From Candidatus Thalassarchaeum betae (lineage in GTDB: Archaea; Thermoplasmatota; Poseidoniia; Poseidoniales; Thalassarchaeaceae), in assembly GCA_003193925.1 (NCBI GenBank), contig PSPG01000015.1, forward strand, positions 1 through 14,108: DNA of 14,108 nucleotides, given 5' to 3'. Numbering within the stretch: position 1 is the stretch's first letter; each line of letters starts with the position of its first letter. Below, one piece after another: positions 1 through 6,881 of the stretch. Both the position numbers and the translations under genes were made by a program. Under the pieces are notes generated by a model, which ran no database searches, was not told the origin of the DNA, and saw only the letters and a list, made by a program, of their open reading frames with translations.

Positions 1-242
1 TCCTCTTTGATGAGCAGGAATTCCACACCCATCCACTCGAGTTCCATCCCACCGTACTTGCGGTAGATGACTCGATCGCCTTCGGCGACGTTCTCGACTT
101 CCGGACCGACCGCGACGACGGTTCCGACCGTCATCTTCTCGCGTGCCTCCTCTGGCAGCAGCAGGCCGCTCGTGGTCTGCTCTGCAGCTTGCTCAATCTC
201 GACCAGTACCATGCTCGCCAACGGTTCGATTCCAACACTCAT
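1..242 (-). CDS. groES: Co-chaperonin GroES (Cpn10), 3' end runs off the window
   Basis: Not in the ORF track. Manual translation from ATG at 242 gives MSVGIEPLASMVLVEIEQAAEQTTSGLLLPEEAREKMTVGTVVAVGPEVENVAEGDRVIYRKYGGMELEWDGVEFLLIKE. This has the Cpn10 mobile loop (TTSGLLLP), GTVVAVGP and GDRVIYxKYGG motifs. SD-like CAGGAGA at 251-257 (minus strand). Confidence 0.95.
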   Translation of the reverse strand, partial: MSVGIEPLASMVLVEIEQAAEQTTSGLLLPEEAREKMTVGTVVAVGPEVENVAEGDRVIYRKYGGMELEWMGVEFLLIKE

Positions 243-308
243 GTCCGCTCTCTCCTGACATCCACAGCGCACAATACGCAGCGGACGGGACCTCGGAGAA
301 AAAGAGGC

Positions 309-316
309 TACTTAAA
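309..316 (-). promoter_or_regulatory. Putative archaeal TATA box for groES (TTTAAGTA on the minus strand)
   Basis: AT-rich box about 67 nt upstream of the groES ATG in a GC-rich background. It would give a ~40 nt leader, consistent with the SD motif. The same element could also be read on the plus strand (CTTAAA after a purine run). Confidence 0.45.
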
Positions 317-419
317 GCCGACGAGATTGACTCTCACAGCATTCGTCCGAGATATCTCCCTGTGTAGGAGGTAGGATGCTCAGCGACCAGTTCCGGTGAC
401 CCTTCGGCGACTACAAATC

Positions 420-479
420 CACCACCCTCGCCCCCTTCAGGGCCGAGGTCGATGACCCAGCAAGTCATCGATGTGGGTG
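420..479. other. Two adjacent hairpins, possibly a three-way junction (terminator or structured RNA)
   Basis: CCTCG-CCC/GGG-C-CGAGG (426-448) directly abuts the perfect 8-bp stem TCGATGAC/GTCATCGA (449-456/464-471). The pair could be closed by CACCAC (420-425) with GTGGGTG (473-479). Lies just past the HAD gene stop codon. Confidence 0.5.
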
Positions 480-485
480 AGGGGC

Positions 486-908
486 TCACTCGTCATCGAA
501 GACCTCGATCTCGACGCTTCGCCTGACCAGGTCGGTGAACTTGGAGTTGAACCTCGTGGCCCTGACGATGTGATTGTCGATCCAGTGGTAGTTGCCCCCC
601 CTGGGCTTGCCCATCAGCAGATGGTGGTAGGCGAAGCCGTGCCTGCCCAACCAGCGCTCGGTGAGCTCGCGGTGCTCCTCCGTGCGCGCGGAGAAGAAAG
701 TGATGATGTGGCCCTCGTCGTACCATCGGTTGATCGTGGCCAAGGAGTCCGGGTAGACCTCTGCAGCCTCCATCCTCTCAGGGGACTCGTTCGGGATGTC
801 CTCGCCCACCGTCCCGTCGATGTCGATGAGGTAGTTCTTCATCCCCTCTGGCAGGATCGGGCTGAGCCGCTTGCCCGACTCGTCAATCGTCTCAACGAGG
901 TCCACCAT
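486..908 (-). CDS. HAD-superfamily phosphatase-like protein (capless, ~140 aa)
   Basis: Motif I LIDIDGT, motif II FFSAR, motif III/IV MGKPRGG..WIDN. Start placed at ATG 908 (MVDLVE), preceded by SD-like GAGAGG. The ORF-track extension to 1175 overlaps the DDAH gene and looks non-coding. Confidence 0.85.
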   Translation of the reverse strand: MVDLVETIDESGKRLSPILPEGMKNYLIDIDGTVGEDIPNESPERMEAAEVYPDSLATINRWYDEGHIITFFSARTEEHRELTERWLGRHGFAYHHLLMGKPRGGNYHWIDNHIVRATRFNSKFTDLVRRSVEIEVFDDE

Positions 909-950
909 GCCTCTCAACGGCGCGATTCCGTCCATAATGCCTCGTTCCTG

Positions 951-969
951 CATTCCTGAATTCGGAATG
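951..969. promoter_or_regulatory. Near-perfect palindrome in a divergent promoter region (candidate operator)
   Basis: CATTCC-T-GAATTC-GGAATG is a perfect palindrome apart from one extra T. It lies between the divergent HAD and DDAH genes, upstream of TTAAG at 991-995. Confidence 0.4.
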
Positions 970-1018
970 GGATTCCCGTTTTCCGAACCGTTAAGAATGG
1001 ATGGGCGGACGGCCGCCC

Positions 1019-1816
1019 GTGTCGGGAGCCTACGACAGAAGCAGGAAGGAGGCCGTCGTCCGGCTCGTCTCACCGAACTTCGACAGAGCCTTGTCGAAGT
1101 ACTTCGGCACCCGCACGCCAAACCCAATAGCCGCTCAGGGCACGCATGACGCCTACGTGACTGCGCTCTCCGCACACGGCAGTGAGGTCACAATCCTGCC
1201 CTCGCTGGATGAGCACCCGGACTGCTGCTTCGTCGAGGACACAGCGGTGATGATCGACGGCACGGCGCTCATCCCCAACATGGGACACCCCTCTCGCGAG
1301 GGCGAGCAGAAGGCTGTTGCGGAGCACCTGTCGGCCGATGCCGATATCATCAGGATGCCCGAGGGTGCGACCCTGGATGGCGGCGACGTGCTGTTCTACG
1401 ACGACCGCTACCTCATCGGGCTCTCGACCCGGACCAACCGCGTCGGCGCCGAGTTCCTCGCCGAGCAGGTCAGGGCCGAGGACTTCTCGGTCGAACTCGT
1501 CGACATACCGCTGTCGGCGCTCCACCTCTCGACCGTCTGCTCCTCGCCGCGCCCGGACACCCTGCTCGTGGCCGAGGGCCACCTCACAGCGCAGCAGGTG
1601 GGGCACCTAGCCGAAGAGATCCTCTGGGTGCCCAACAAGGAGACCTATGCGGCGAACAGCATCGGCTACAGCGGCGACCGGGTCATCGTGGCGAGCGGCT
1701 ATCCCGTGACCAGACGGGTCCTGTTAGACGCCGGGTTCTCGATCACATCGGTCGACATGGACGACATCCGGCAGGCCGACGGGTCGCTGACCTGCCTGTC
1801 CGTGTTCAACCGGTAA
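1019..1816 (+). CDS. Dimethylarginine dimethylaminohydrolase (DDAH)-like amidinotransferase-family hydrolase
   Basis: Pentein-fold motifs PDCCFVEDTAV, HPSREGE, LDGGDV, LSTRTN, LHL and C-terminal DGSLTCLS (catalytic Cys). Start is either ATG 1001 or, more likely, GTG 1019, about 24 nt after TATA-like TTAAG (leaderless). Confidence 0.9.
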   Translation: MSGAYDRSRKEAVVRLVSPNFDRALSKYFGTRTPNPIAAQGTHDAYVTALSAHGSEVTILPSLDEHPDCCFVEDTAVMIDGTALIPNMGHPSREGEQKAVAEHLSADADIIRMPEGATLDGGDVLFYDDRYLIGLSTRTNRVGAEFLAEQVRAEDFSVELVDIPLSALHLSTVCSSPRPDTLLVAEGHLTAQQVGHLAEEILWVPNKETYAANSIGYSGDRVIVASGYPVTRRVLLDAGFSITSVDMDDIRQADGSLTCLSVFNR

Positions 1817-1825
1817 TCGGCCCCA

Positions 1826-1844
1826 TTAATTGAAAAGTAATATT
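1826..1844 (+). promoter_or_regulatory. AT-rich promoter element upstream of the membrane protein gene
   Basis: ATTAATTGAAAAGTAATAT ending about 15 nt before ATG 1859, in a GC-rich background. Confidence 0.45.
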
Positions 1845-1858
1845 CCGTAGCACCGCCC

Positions 1859-2437
1859 ATGCACACGGCCGGCAAGGTGTTCCTCGGTATCGGGGCAGTG
1901 GTACTGCTCCTCGGAGCAGTGATGACATGGGCTGGTGGAAGCTCCCTAGAAGAAGCGGGAGAAGTCGATGTTGAGGGTAAGAGCCTCTGGAATGGTGATA
2001 GTGGGACCTTCTACTACGATGAGTCGGATCAGATCATGGTGTTTGTGAGGGACACTGTGAGGTGTGACGAGTTCTCGGCGACATTTTCTAACGCGTCCGG
2101 GGACGCTGGTTATGCGAACGATGAATGTACAGATGACGGTTCCAAACCTCGGGGCCATGGTGACGACCCAGCTGGTTGGTACCACATGGGGTCATTCGGC
2201 TGGGATCAGTCCAAAGGCGACTACGATATCGTAGCAAGCCACGAGATTTACCTGTTGCCGATGTGGGAAGTTGTCGGCGAGGAAATCGAAGAGGCTATTG
2301 GCGGTATTATGGGCATCCTGGGTGGGGTGGGTTTGCTAGGCTGCGGAGCCTGCTTCCTTCTTCTAGGCGGCATACTGGCCTTAGTGCTCAACGATCCTAA
2401 GGACGCGATGCAGATCCAGCAGCCCCCGTCAGTCTGA
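1859..2437 (+). CDS. Hypothetical membrane protein (N-terminal TM/signal, acidic extracellular domain, C-terminal TM)
   Basis: 192 aa ORF filling the space between neighbours. Hydrophobic segments VFLGIGAVVLLLGAVM and GILGGVGLLGCGACFLLLGGILALVL. Two Cys in the loop could form a disulfide. Confidence 0.8.
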   Translation: MHTAGKVFLGIGAVVLLLGAVMTWAGGSSLEEAGEVDVEGKSLWNGDSGTFYYDESDQIMVFVRDTVRCDEFSATFSNASGDAGYANDECTDDGSKPRGHGDDPAGWYHMGSFGWDQSKGDYDIVASHEIYLLPMWEVVGEEIEEAIGGIMGILGGVGLLGCGACFLLLGGILALVLNDPKDAMQIQQPPSV

Positions 2438-2468
2438 CCGAGGCATTGAACACGGTCTCGACTATCGC

Positions 2469-4196
2469 ATGGTCGTGCGCTCGCGCGGCAGCATCGCCCT
2501 GCTACTGGTCGTGCTGATGGTCTCAGCACCGCTCAGCGGCTGCTTCGGAGAGGAGGAAACCGAGGCTAGCGCCAGCAGCCTCAGCATCACCCCCAAGGTG
2601 CTCGAGGCGGGCGTCTTCCAGCAAGTCGAGCTGAGCGCCAAGGCGGGGATGTCCGTCTTCGTGCCCTACCTCGTCATCGACCCGGCCACCGGATTCGTGC
2701 AGAACTCGACCGTGGTCGACCTGCCTTCGGGCTCCAGCATCACCCTGGAGGTCCTCGCGCCGCCGCGGGCCGATGCGATGGTCCTCATGGTCGGTGCCAA
2801 GGGGCGCGAGCACTGGCCGATCCGTGATTCGAACGAGTCGTGGATGACTTGGATGATGCACGATGGCGACAAGGGCGATGCGGGCAACGGCATCGTGCGC
2901 GTGGCGCATGGCGAGAACTCCACTCTGGATACCGTGAACCACAGCATCCAGCGTGGCGGGCGCGTCTCGGTCAAGACAGTGCTGTCCCTGCGCCCCTCGC
3001 TGATCGGGCTTGATCAGGGTGGGGCGCACTCGAGCGGCCTGCTGCACGGCAGGACGGTCTACGAACGGCTCTTCGAGATCACCGACCCAGCGATATCGAT
3101 CTTTGACGTCGACGGACGCGAGGGTTACTACGACCGTTGGGCGGGACAGGGCAACCCAGCCTACGAGGACGCGGCGATGTATCTGATCGACGAGATGGAG
3201 TCGTTCGGCCTGGAGGTCATGGCGCACCGCTTCGAGTTCACCGACATATTCGCCCACCAGAACCCCGAGGCCTACAACATCTGTGGCTACAAATGGGGCA
3301 GTGAGTTTGTGAATGAATGGCTGGTTTTCGGCGCACACTTCGACGTAGCACCCCCCGCGAACGCTGTCATACTCGACCCCCACACCACCGGTTCACGCAC
3401 CTACGGCACTCGCGTCGGCGCGTACGACAACAGCGCTGGCACCTCGATGGTGCTCGAGACCGCCCGCGTGCTTGCCCAGATCGAGAGCCGCCGGACGATG
3501 GTGTTCTGCCTATGGTCCGGCGAGGAGGGTGGCACGCGAGGCAGCGACTACTGGACCGACGAGTACGTCCGACAGGACCACCCCGAGGTCACGGTCACGA
3601 ACTACATCAATCTCGACATGGCCGGGGTCAACTGGCCGGGCGGAGGTGGTGCCCCGCACGGCGACCCGGACCCGCAGATCGACGAGAACGGCTACCCCAA
3701 GGACTCCGAGGTCTGGCCGATGCGAGTCTACATCGGGCCGAGCGTCGAGCACGACCAGATCAACCAGCCCGGCATGGTGGGAATCTCGAATTGGATCGGT
3801 GCCGACGCGCTCGGGCTGGAGCAGCAGATGGGCACGCTGGTCGGGGTGAACCAATCGGCAGACACCTGGAAGACCGACACGTGGCTGGACATGGACCGTC
3901 CTGAGATCATCGTCTACGAGGACACCACCGCGAGGAGCGACCACGCCAGCTTCCAGGAAAACCTCGGCACCGTGACCGTTGGCTTCGGCGGCCTTGTCGA
4001 CGGCTACTGGTGCTACCACCAGACCTGCGACACGCTCGAGGAGATGGAGGACTGGATGGGCACCACCGGCAAGGACTACGGCGAGGAGAACACCGGGGTC
4101 GCCAATCTGGTCAACAGCCTAGACTTGATCACGTGGTGGGCGCTGATGATCTTCTTCCACTGTGACGAGACCCCTATAATCAACGAATACCTCTGA
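2469..4196 (+). CDS. M28-family zinc aminopeptidase, probable lipoprotein
   Basis: Lipobox-like LSGC after a hydrophobic stretch. M28 metal-binding motifs in the expected order: GAHFD, GAYDNSAG, SGEEGG, INLDM, RSDHASF, YHQTCDT. Confidence 0.92.
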   Translation: MVVRSRGSIALLLVVLMVSAPLSGCFGEEETEASASSLSITPKVLEAGVFQQVELSAKAGMSVFVPYLVIDPATGFVQNSTVVDLPSGSSITLEVLAPPRADAMVLMVGAKGREHWPIRDSNESWMTWMMHDGDKGDAGNGIVRVAHGENSTLDTVNHSIQRGGRVSVKTVLSLRPSLIGLDQGGAHSSGLLHGRTVYERLFEITDPAISIFDVDGREGYYDRWAGQGNPAYEDAAMYLIDEMESFGLEVMAHRFEFTDIFAHQNPEAYNICGYKWGSEFVNEWLVFGAHFDVAPPANAVILDPHTTGSRTYGTRVGAYDNSAGTSMVLETARVLAQIESRRTMVFCLWSGEEGGTRGSDYWTDEYVRQDHPEVTVTNYINLDMAGVNWPGGGGAPHGDPDPQIDENGYPKDSEVWPMRVYIGPSVEHDQINQPGMVGISNWIGADALGLEQQMGTLVGVNQSADTWKTDTWLDMDRPEIIVYEDTTARSDHASFQENLGTVTVGFGGLVDGYWCYHQTCDTLEEMEDWMGTTGKDYGEENTGVANLVNSLDLITWWALMIFFHCDETPIINEYL

Positions 4197-4200
4197 AGTT

Positions 4201-4215
4201 CCTATCAATGATAGG
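4201..4215. promoter_or_regulatory. Perfect palindromic operator candidate CCTATCA-A-TGATAGG
   Basis: 7-1-7 perfect inverted repeat, 7 nt upstream of the TATA box of the HTH gene. Confidence 0.7.
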
Positions 4216-4222
4216 CATATTC

Positions 4223-4229
4223 TATAAAA
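4223..4229 (+). promoter_or_regulatory. Archaeal TATA box (TATAAAA) for the HTH gene
   Basis: Canonical TATA ending 20 nt before GTG 4249, which fits a leaderless transcript. Confidence 0.7.
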
Positions 4230-4248
4230 TGGACGTTTTCGCGGCGCC

Positions 4249-4539
4249 GTGGAACCGAAGAAGATCGCGACCATCGTCAAAATGCGCGCACTGGGCTGGA
4301 GTCAGCGTGAAATCGGCGATGAAATCGGCGTGAGCCAGCCCTCAATCGCATACCAATTGCGCAAGCTCAAGCAGGAGTCCGAGGGGGGCTCGAAGGACGA
4401 GATCCTCTCGAAGGTCCTGCTGGGTGGTTTCCTCGACTCCCTGTCTGGCTCGGCGCTCGCGAGGTTCCTGCAGTTCTCAGGAGCCAAGGAAGAGGACGAG
4501 GTCCCCCTCAGACCCGATACTTTCGATGACGCGATCTAG
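4249..4539 (+). CDS. Small helix-turn-helix DNA-binding protein / transcriptional regulator
   Basis: GWSQREIGDEIGVSQPSIAYQLRKL is a typical HTH pattern, followed by a short helical C-terminal region. Has its own TATA box. Confidence 0.85.
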   Translation: MEPKKIATIVKMRALGWSQREIGDEIGVSQPSIAYQLRKLKQESEGGSKDEILSKVLLGGFLDSLSGSALARFLQFSGAKEEDEVPLRPDTFDDAI

Positions 4540-4625
4540 TCGCTAGCCGATGGGGCGGCCCGAATCGGTGCGTCGGTGAATCATGACGCGTGAAGTTTGA
4601 TAGTCCTAGTCGCCTAACTCGAGAC

Positions 4626-4689
4626 GCATCGTAGCGATGTCACGCCTCTCTCACCGGTCTCATTCATTCTCTTTCCCACGCTACGATGC
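4626..4689. repeat. 11-bp perfect inverted repeat with a 42-nt spacer between convergent genes
   Basis: GCATCGTAGCG (4626-4636) pairs with CGCTACGATGC (4679-4689). The stem extends with GAG/CTC beyond a 2x2 mismatch. The spacer is pyrimidine-rich on the plus strand. Confidence 0.75.
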
Positions 4690-4692
4690 AAC

Positions 4693-5547
4693 TCAACCGA
4701 GCAAGGCGCCGAGCTGGGTGAAGTTGAACCACACCATGCTGACGGCGATGATGAGCCACAGCCAGAACATGCTCTCTGACCAGATCTTGATCTTCTTGCC
4801 GTCCAAAGGTCCGAATGGCAGCATGTTGAGAGCACCAAGAATGCCATTGGCCCACATCCAGTAGAATACCACGCGGCCTACCCAGTAACTCTCGCCTGCA
4901 ATACCCCCCGGGCCACCTGTTGCGATGGCGACCAGCAGCCCTATGCACCAGAGCACCACATTGCTGACCGGGCCTGCCAGTGCTATTTTCCCGAACTGCT
5001 CCTTGGTAGTGTTGCCAGCGACCATGACTGCCCCCGGCGCCATGAAGACCACGCCGAGGAGCGCCGCTAGGATGACTCCGAAGCGCAAGCCGCGGGGCGA
5101 GGCGCGAAACTCGGCCCAGCAACCGTACTTGCGCGCCTGGACCTTGTGAGCGATCTCGTGTATGAGGAAGCCCGGAGTGAAGGTGACTAGAGATAACAAG
5201 CCATAGACGAGGAAGACGTCCAGGTTGATGAGGGCGCCGTAGATGCCACCGCTGAACATGAAGGCTAGGGCTAGGGTGAACGCGAGGGTTGCTTGGCTGA
5301 GATGGTTGATCTCGGTCTCGGAGAAGTGCCAGATGGAGCCTGTGTGGACCGGGATTGGGCGGGCCTGCTCCTCGACGCCGAAGATGCGCACGAACGGCGC
5401 CCCTGAGCCCGATTCGTGGACCACGCGGATGTGCGGCTGGCGCCAGTTGCCGTCGTCCCTCGCTGCGCTGTGACTTCCCGGGGAGCCGATCTTATCGAAC
5501 GGGTCGTCGTCGAGCCAGTGGGCCCGTGGGTCCCTCTCTCCGGTCAT
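4693..5547 (-). CDS. M50-family (site-2 protease) intramembrane metalloprotease
   Basis: HEIAH (HExxH) within a hydrophobic segment, IALAGPVSN and LNMLPFGPLDG (NxxPxxxLDG). Start placed at ATG 5547 (MTGERD), which overlaps the alaX stop as ATGA. Confidence 0.92.
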   Translation of the reverse strand: MTGERDPRAHWLDDDPFDKIGSPGSHSAARDDGNWRQPHIRVVHESGSGAPFVRIFGVEEQARPIPVHTGSIWHFSETEINHLSQATLAFTLALAFMFSGGIYGALINLDVFLVYGLLSLVTFTPGFLIHEIAHKVQARKYGCWAEFRASPRGLRFGVILAALLGVVFMAPGAVMVAGNTTKEQFGKIALAGPVSNVVLWCIGLLVAIATGGPGGIAGESYWVGRVVFYWMWANGILGALNMLPFGPLDGKKIKIWSESMFWLWLIIAVSMVWFNFTQLGALLG

Positions 5548-6266
5548 GCGTCTTCCCCCAAGTGGATGTACACGCGCCTGTTGCGCGCTCCCTTGTTGTC
5601 GACTTTGCCTATGCGCAGTCGGCCGATCTCCCCGGTGCTGGCGACGTGCGTGCCGCCGCATGACTGCAAATCCACGTCATCGCCGATCTTGACGAGACGG
5701 ATGCGCTCCGCATCCGCGGGCGGCTTGACGGTCATGGTGCGAGCCAGATCGGGCTGCGCGTCGAACTCCTCTCGCGTTATCCAGACCGTCTCGACCTTGT
5801 GGTCGTCCTCGACCAGCCGATTGAGCTCGGCGCTCAGGAACTCCTTGTCGATCTTGTATTCGCCGGTGTCGAAGTCGATGCGGCTCTTGTCCGTGCCCAC
5901 GGAGCCGCCGGTCACGCCACAGGGAATCGCCGAGCACAGCAAATGGGTCGCCGTGTGCATCCGCATCAGCCTGTGGCGTCGCTCCCAGTCGAGTGCTGCG
6001 GTGACCCCTGTGCCGGGGCCAGGCAGGTCCTGGTCCCCATACGGCACGTGGATGATGTCGCCTTCGGCCCGAATGGTGGTCCCGATGCTTATCGAGTCGC
6101 CATCGAAGTCGAGTGTGCCGACATCGCCTGGCTGGCCGCCACCTGTGGCGTAGAATACCGTCTGGTCCAGCACGATGCCACCGCGCTCGTTGACATCGAG
6201 CACGTTGGCCTCGCAAGCCCTGATGTAAGCGTCATCCCTGAAGACCTCCGCAGTGCGATGGGTCAT
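5544..6266 (-). CDS. alaX: Freestanding alanyl-tRNA editing protein (AlaX, medium type)
   Basis: LDQTVFYATGGGQPGDVG, Zn-binding MRMHTATHLL (HxxxH) and SCGGTHV (CxxxH), C-terminal KGARNRRVY; 240 aa. Confidence 0.93.
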   Translation of the reverse strand: MTHRTAEVFRDDAYIRACEANVLDVNERGGIVLDQTVFYATGGGQPGDVGTLDFDGDSISIGTTIRAEGDIIHVPYGDQDLPGPGTGVTAALDWERRHRLMRMHTATHLLCSAIPCGVTGGSVGTDKSRIDFDTGEYKIDKEFLSAELNRLVEDDHKVETVWITREEFDAQPDLARTMTVKPPADAERIRLVKIGDDVDLQSCGGTHVASTGEIGRLRIGKVDNKGARNRRVYIHLGEDA

Positions 6267-6310
6267 GCACGTTCACTTCCAGCGCCGTCTCATTTCAAGG
6301 CTCTCAGAAC

Positions 6311-6820
6311 TCACTCCCCATCGAGCAGCTCGGCCACCTCTGCCAGCAGCTCGTCCCATGTCGGTACGTGCTTGGGCCTCTCTCCGGTGAGCTTGGCCAG
6401 CATCTCCTCCCTCTGCTCCTCGGAGAGCTCTACGTCGTTCCACTCGTTCATATTGGCGACGTCGCGAATCAGAGAGCGCTTCCTCTTCTTCCGCTGCTCC
6501 TCGAACCTAGCCACCACCTCCTCTATCGTGGTGGCCGGAGTCTCACCGTGATGGGCGTCGATCAGCGCTGTGTAGTGCGTCATCAACTCACCGTGCGTCG
6601 AGTCGTCGGCGTAGTTCGAGGGATTGGCGAGCATTGTCACGAACTCCCTGGACAGTCGGTCCGCCTTGGTTGAAGCCTTGCCCGAAAGCCTCTCCCTGGT
6701 GCGGGCATGCGAGGAGATGCACGAGCGGCACCTCTCGGAACCAGCCACATCGGGCTCGTCGCAGCGCAAGCAGCACACTGCGAAGCCCATCATGTTCATC
6801 GAGGACCTAGGCAGACTCAC
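6311..6820 (-). CDS. Hypothetical protein with N-terminal Cys cluster (possible zinc ribbon) and charged helical C-terminus
   Basis: CCLRC-x9-CRSC; co-oriented with its neighbours and fills the gap between them. Start uncertain (GTG 6820 or one of the downstream ATGs). Confidence 0.75.
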   Translation of the reverse strand: MSLPRSSMNMMGFAVCCLRCDEPDVAGSERCRSCISSHARTRERLSGKASTKADRLSREFVTMLANPSNYADDSTHGELMTHYTALIDAHHGETPATTIEEVVARFEEQRKKRKRSLIRDVANMNEWNDVELSEEQREEMLAKLTGERPKHVPTWDELLAEVAELLDGE

Positions 6821-6881
6821 GGGCGGTGCTGCGGCCCGCCTGACATCAACCCTACCCGTGTGTGATGCTCAGGCGCCGGAG

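Noticed and set aside
67-374. Three short plus-strand ORFs (63, 74, 61 aa)
   Set aside because: Antisense shadows of groES with no recognisable motifs.
397-480. Possible selenocysteine readthrough of the TGA at 397-399, followed by hairpins
   Set aside because: The readthrough peptide resembles no selenoprotein I recognise, and no SECIS consensus or Sec machinery is visible in the window.
909-1175. N-terminal extension of the 229-aa HAD ORF
   Set aside because: Arg/Cys-rich and unnatural, overlaps the DDAH gene and promoter. A better start with an SD motif exists at 908.
5548-5661. Upstream extension of the M50 ORF
   Set aside because: Overlaps the alaX coding region. The ATGA-coupled start at 5547 is more plausible.
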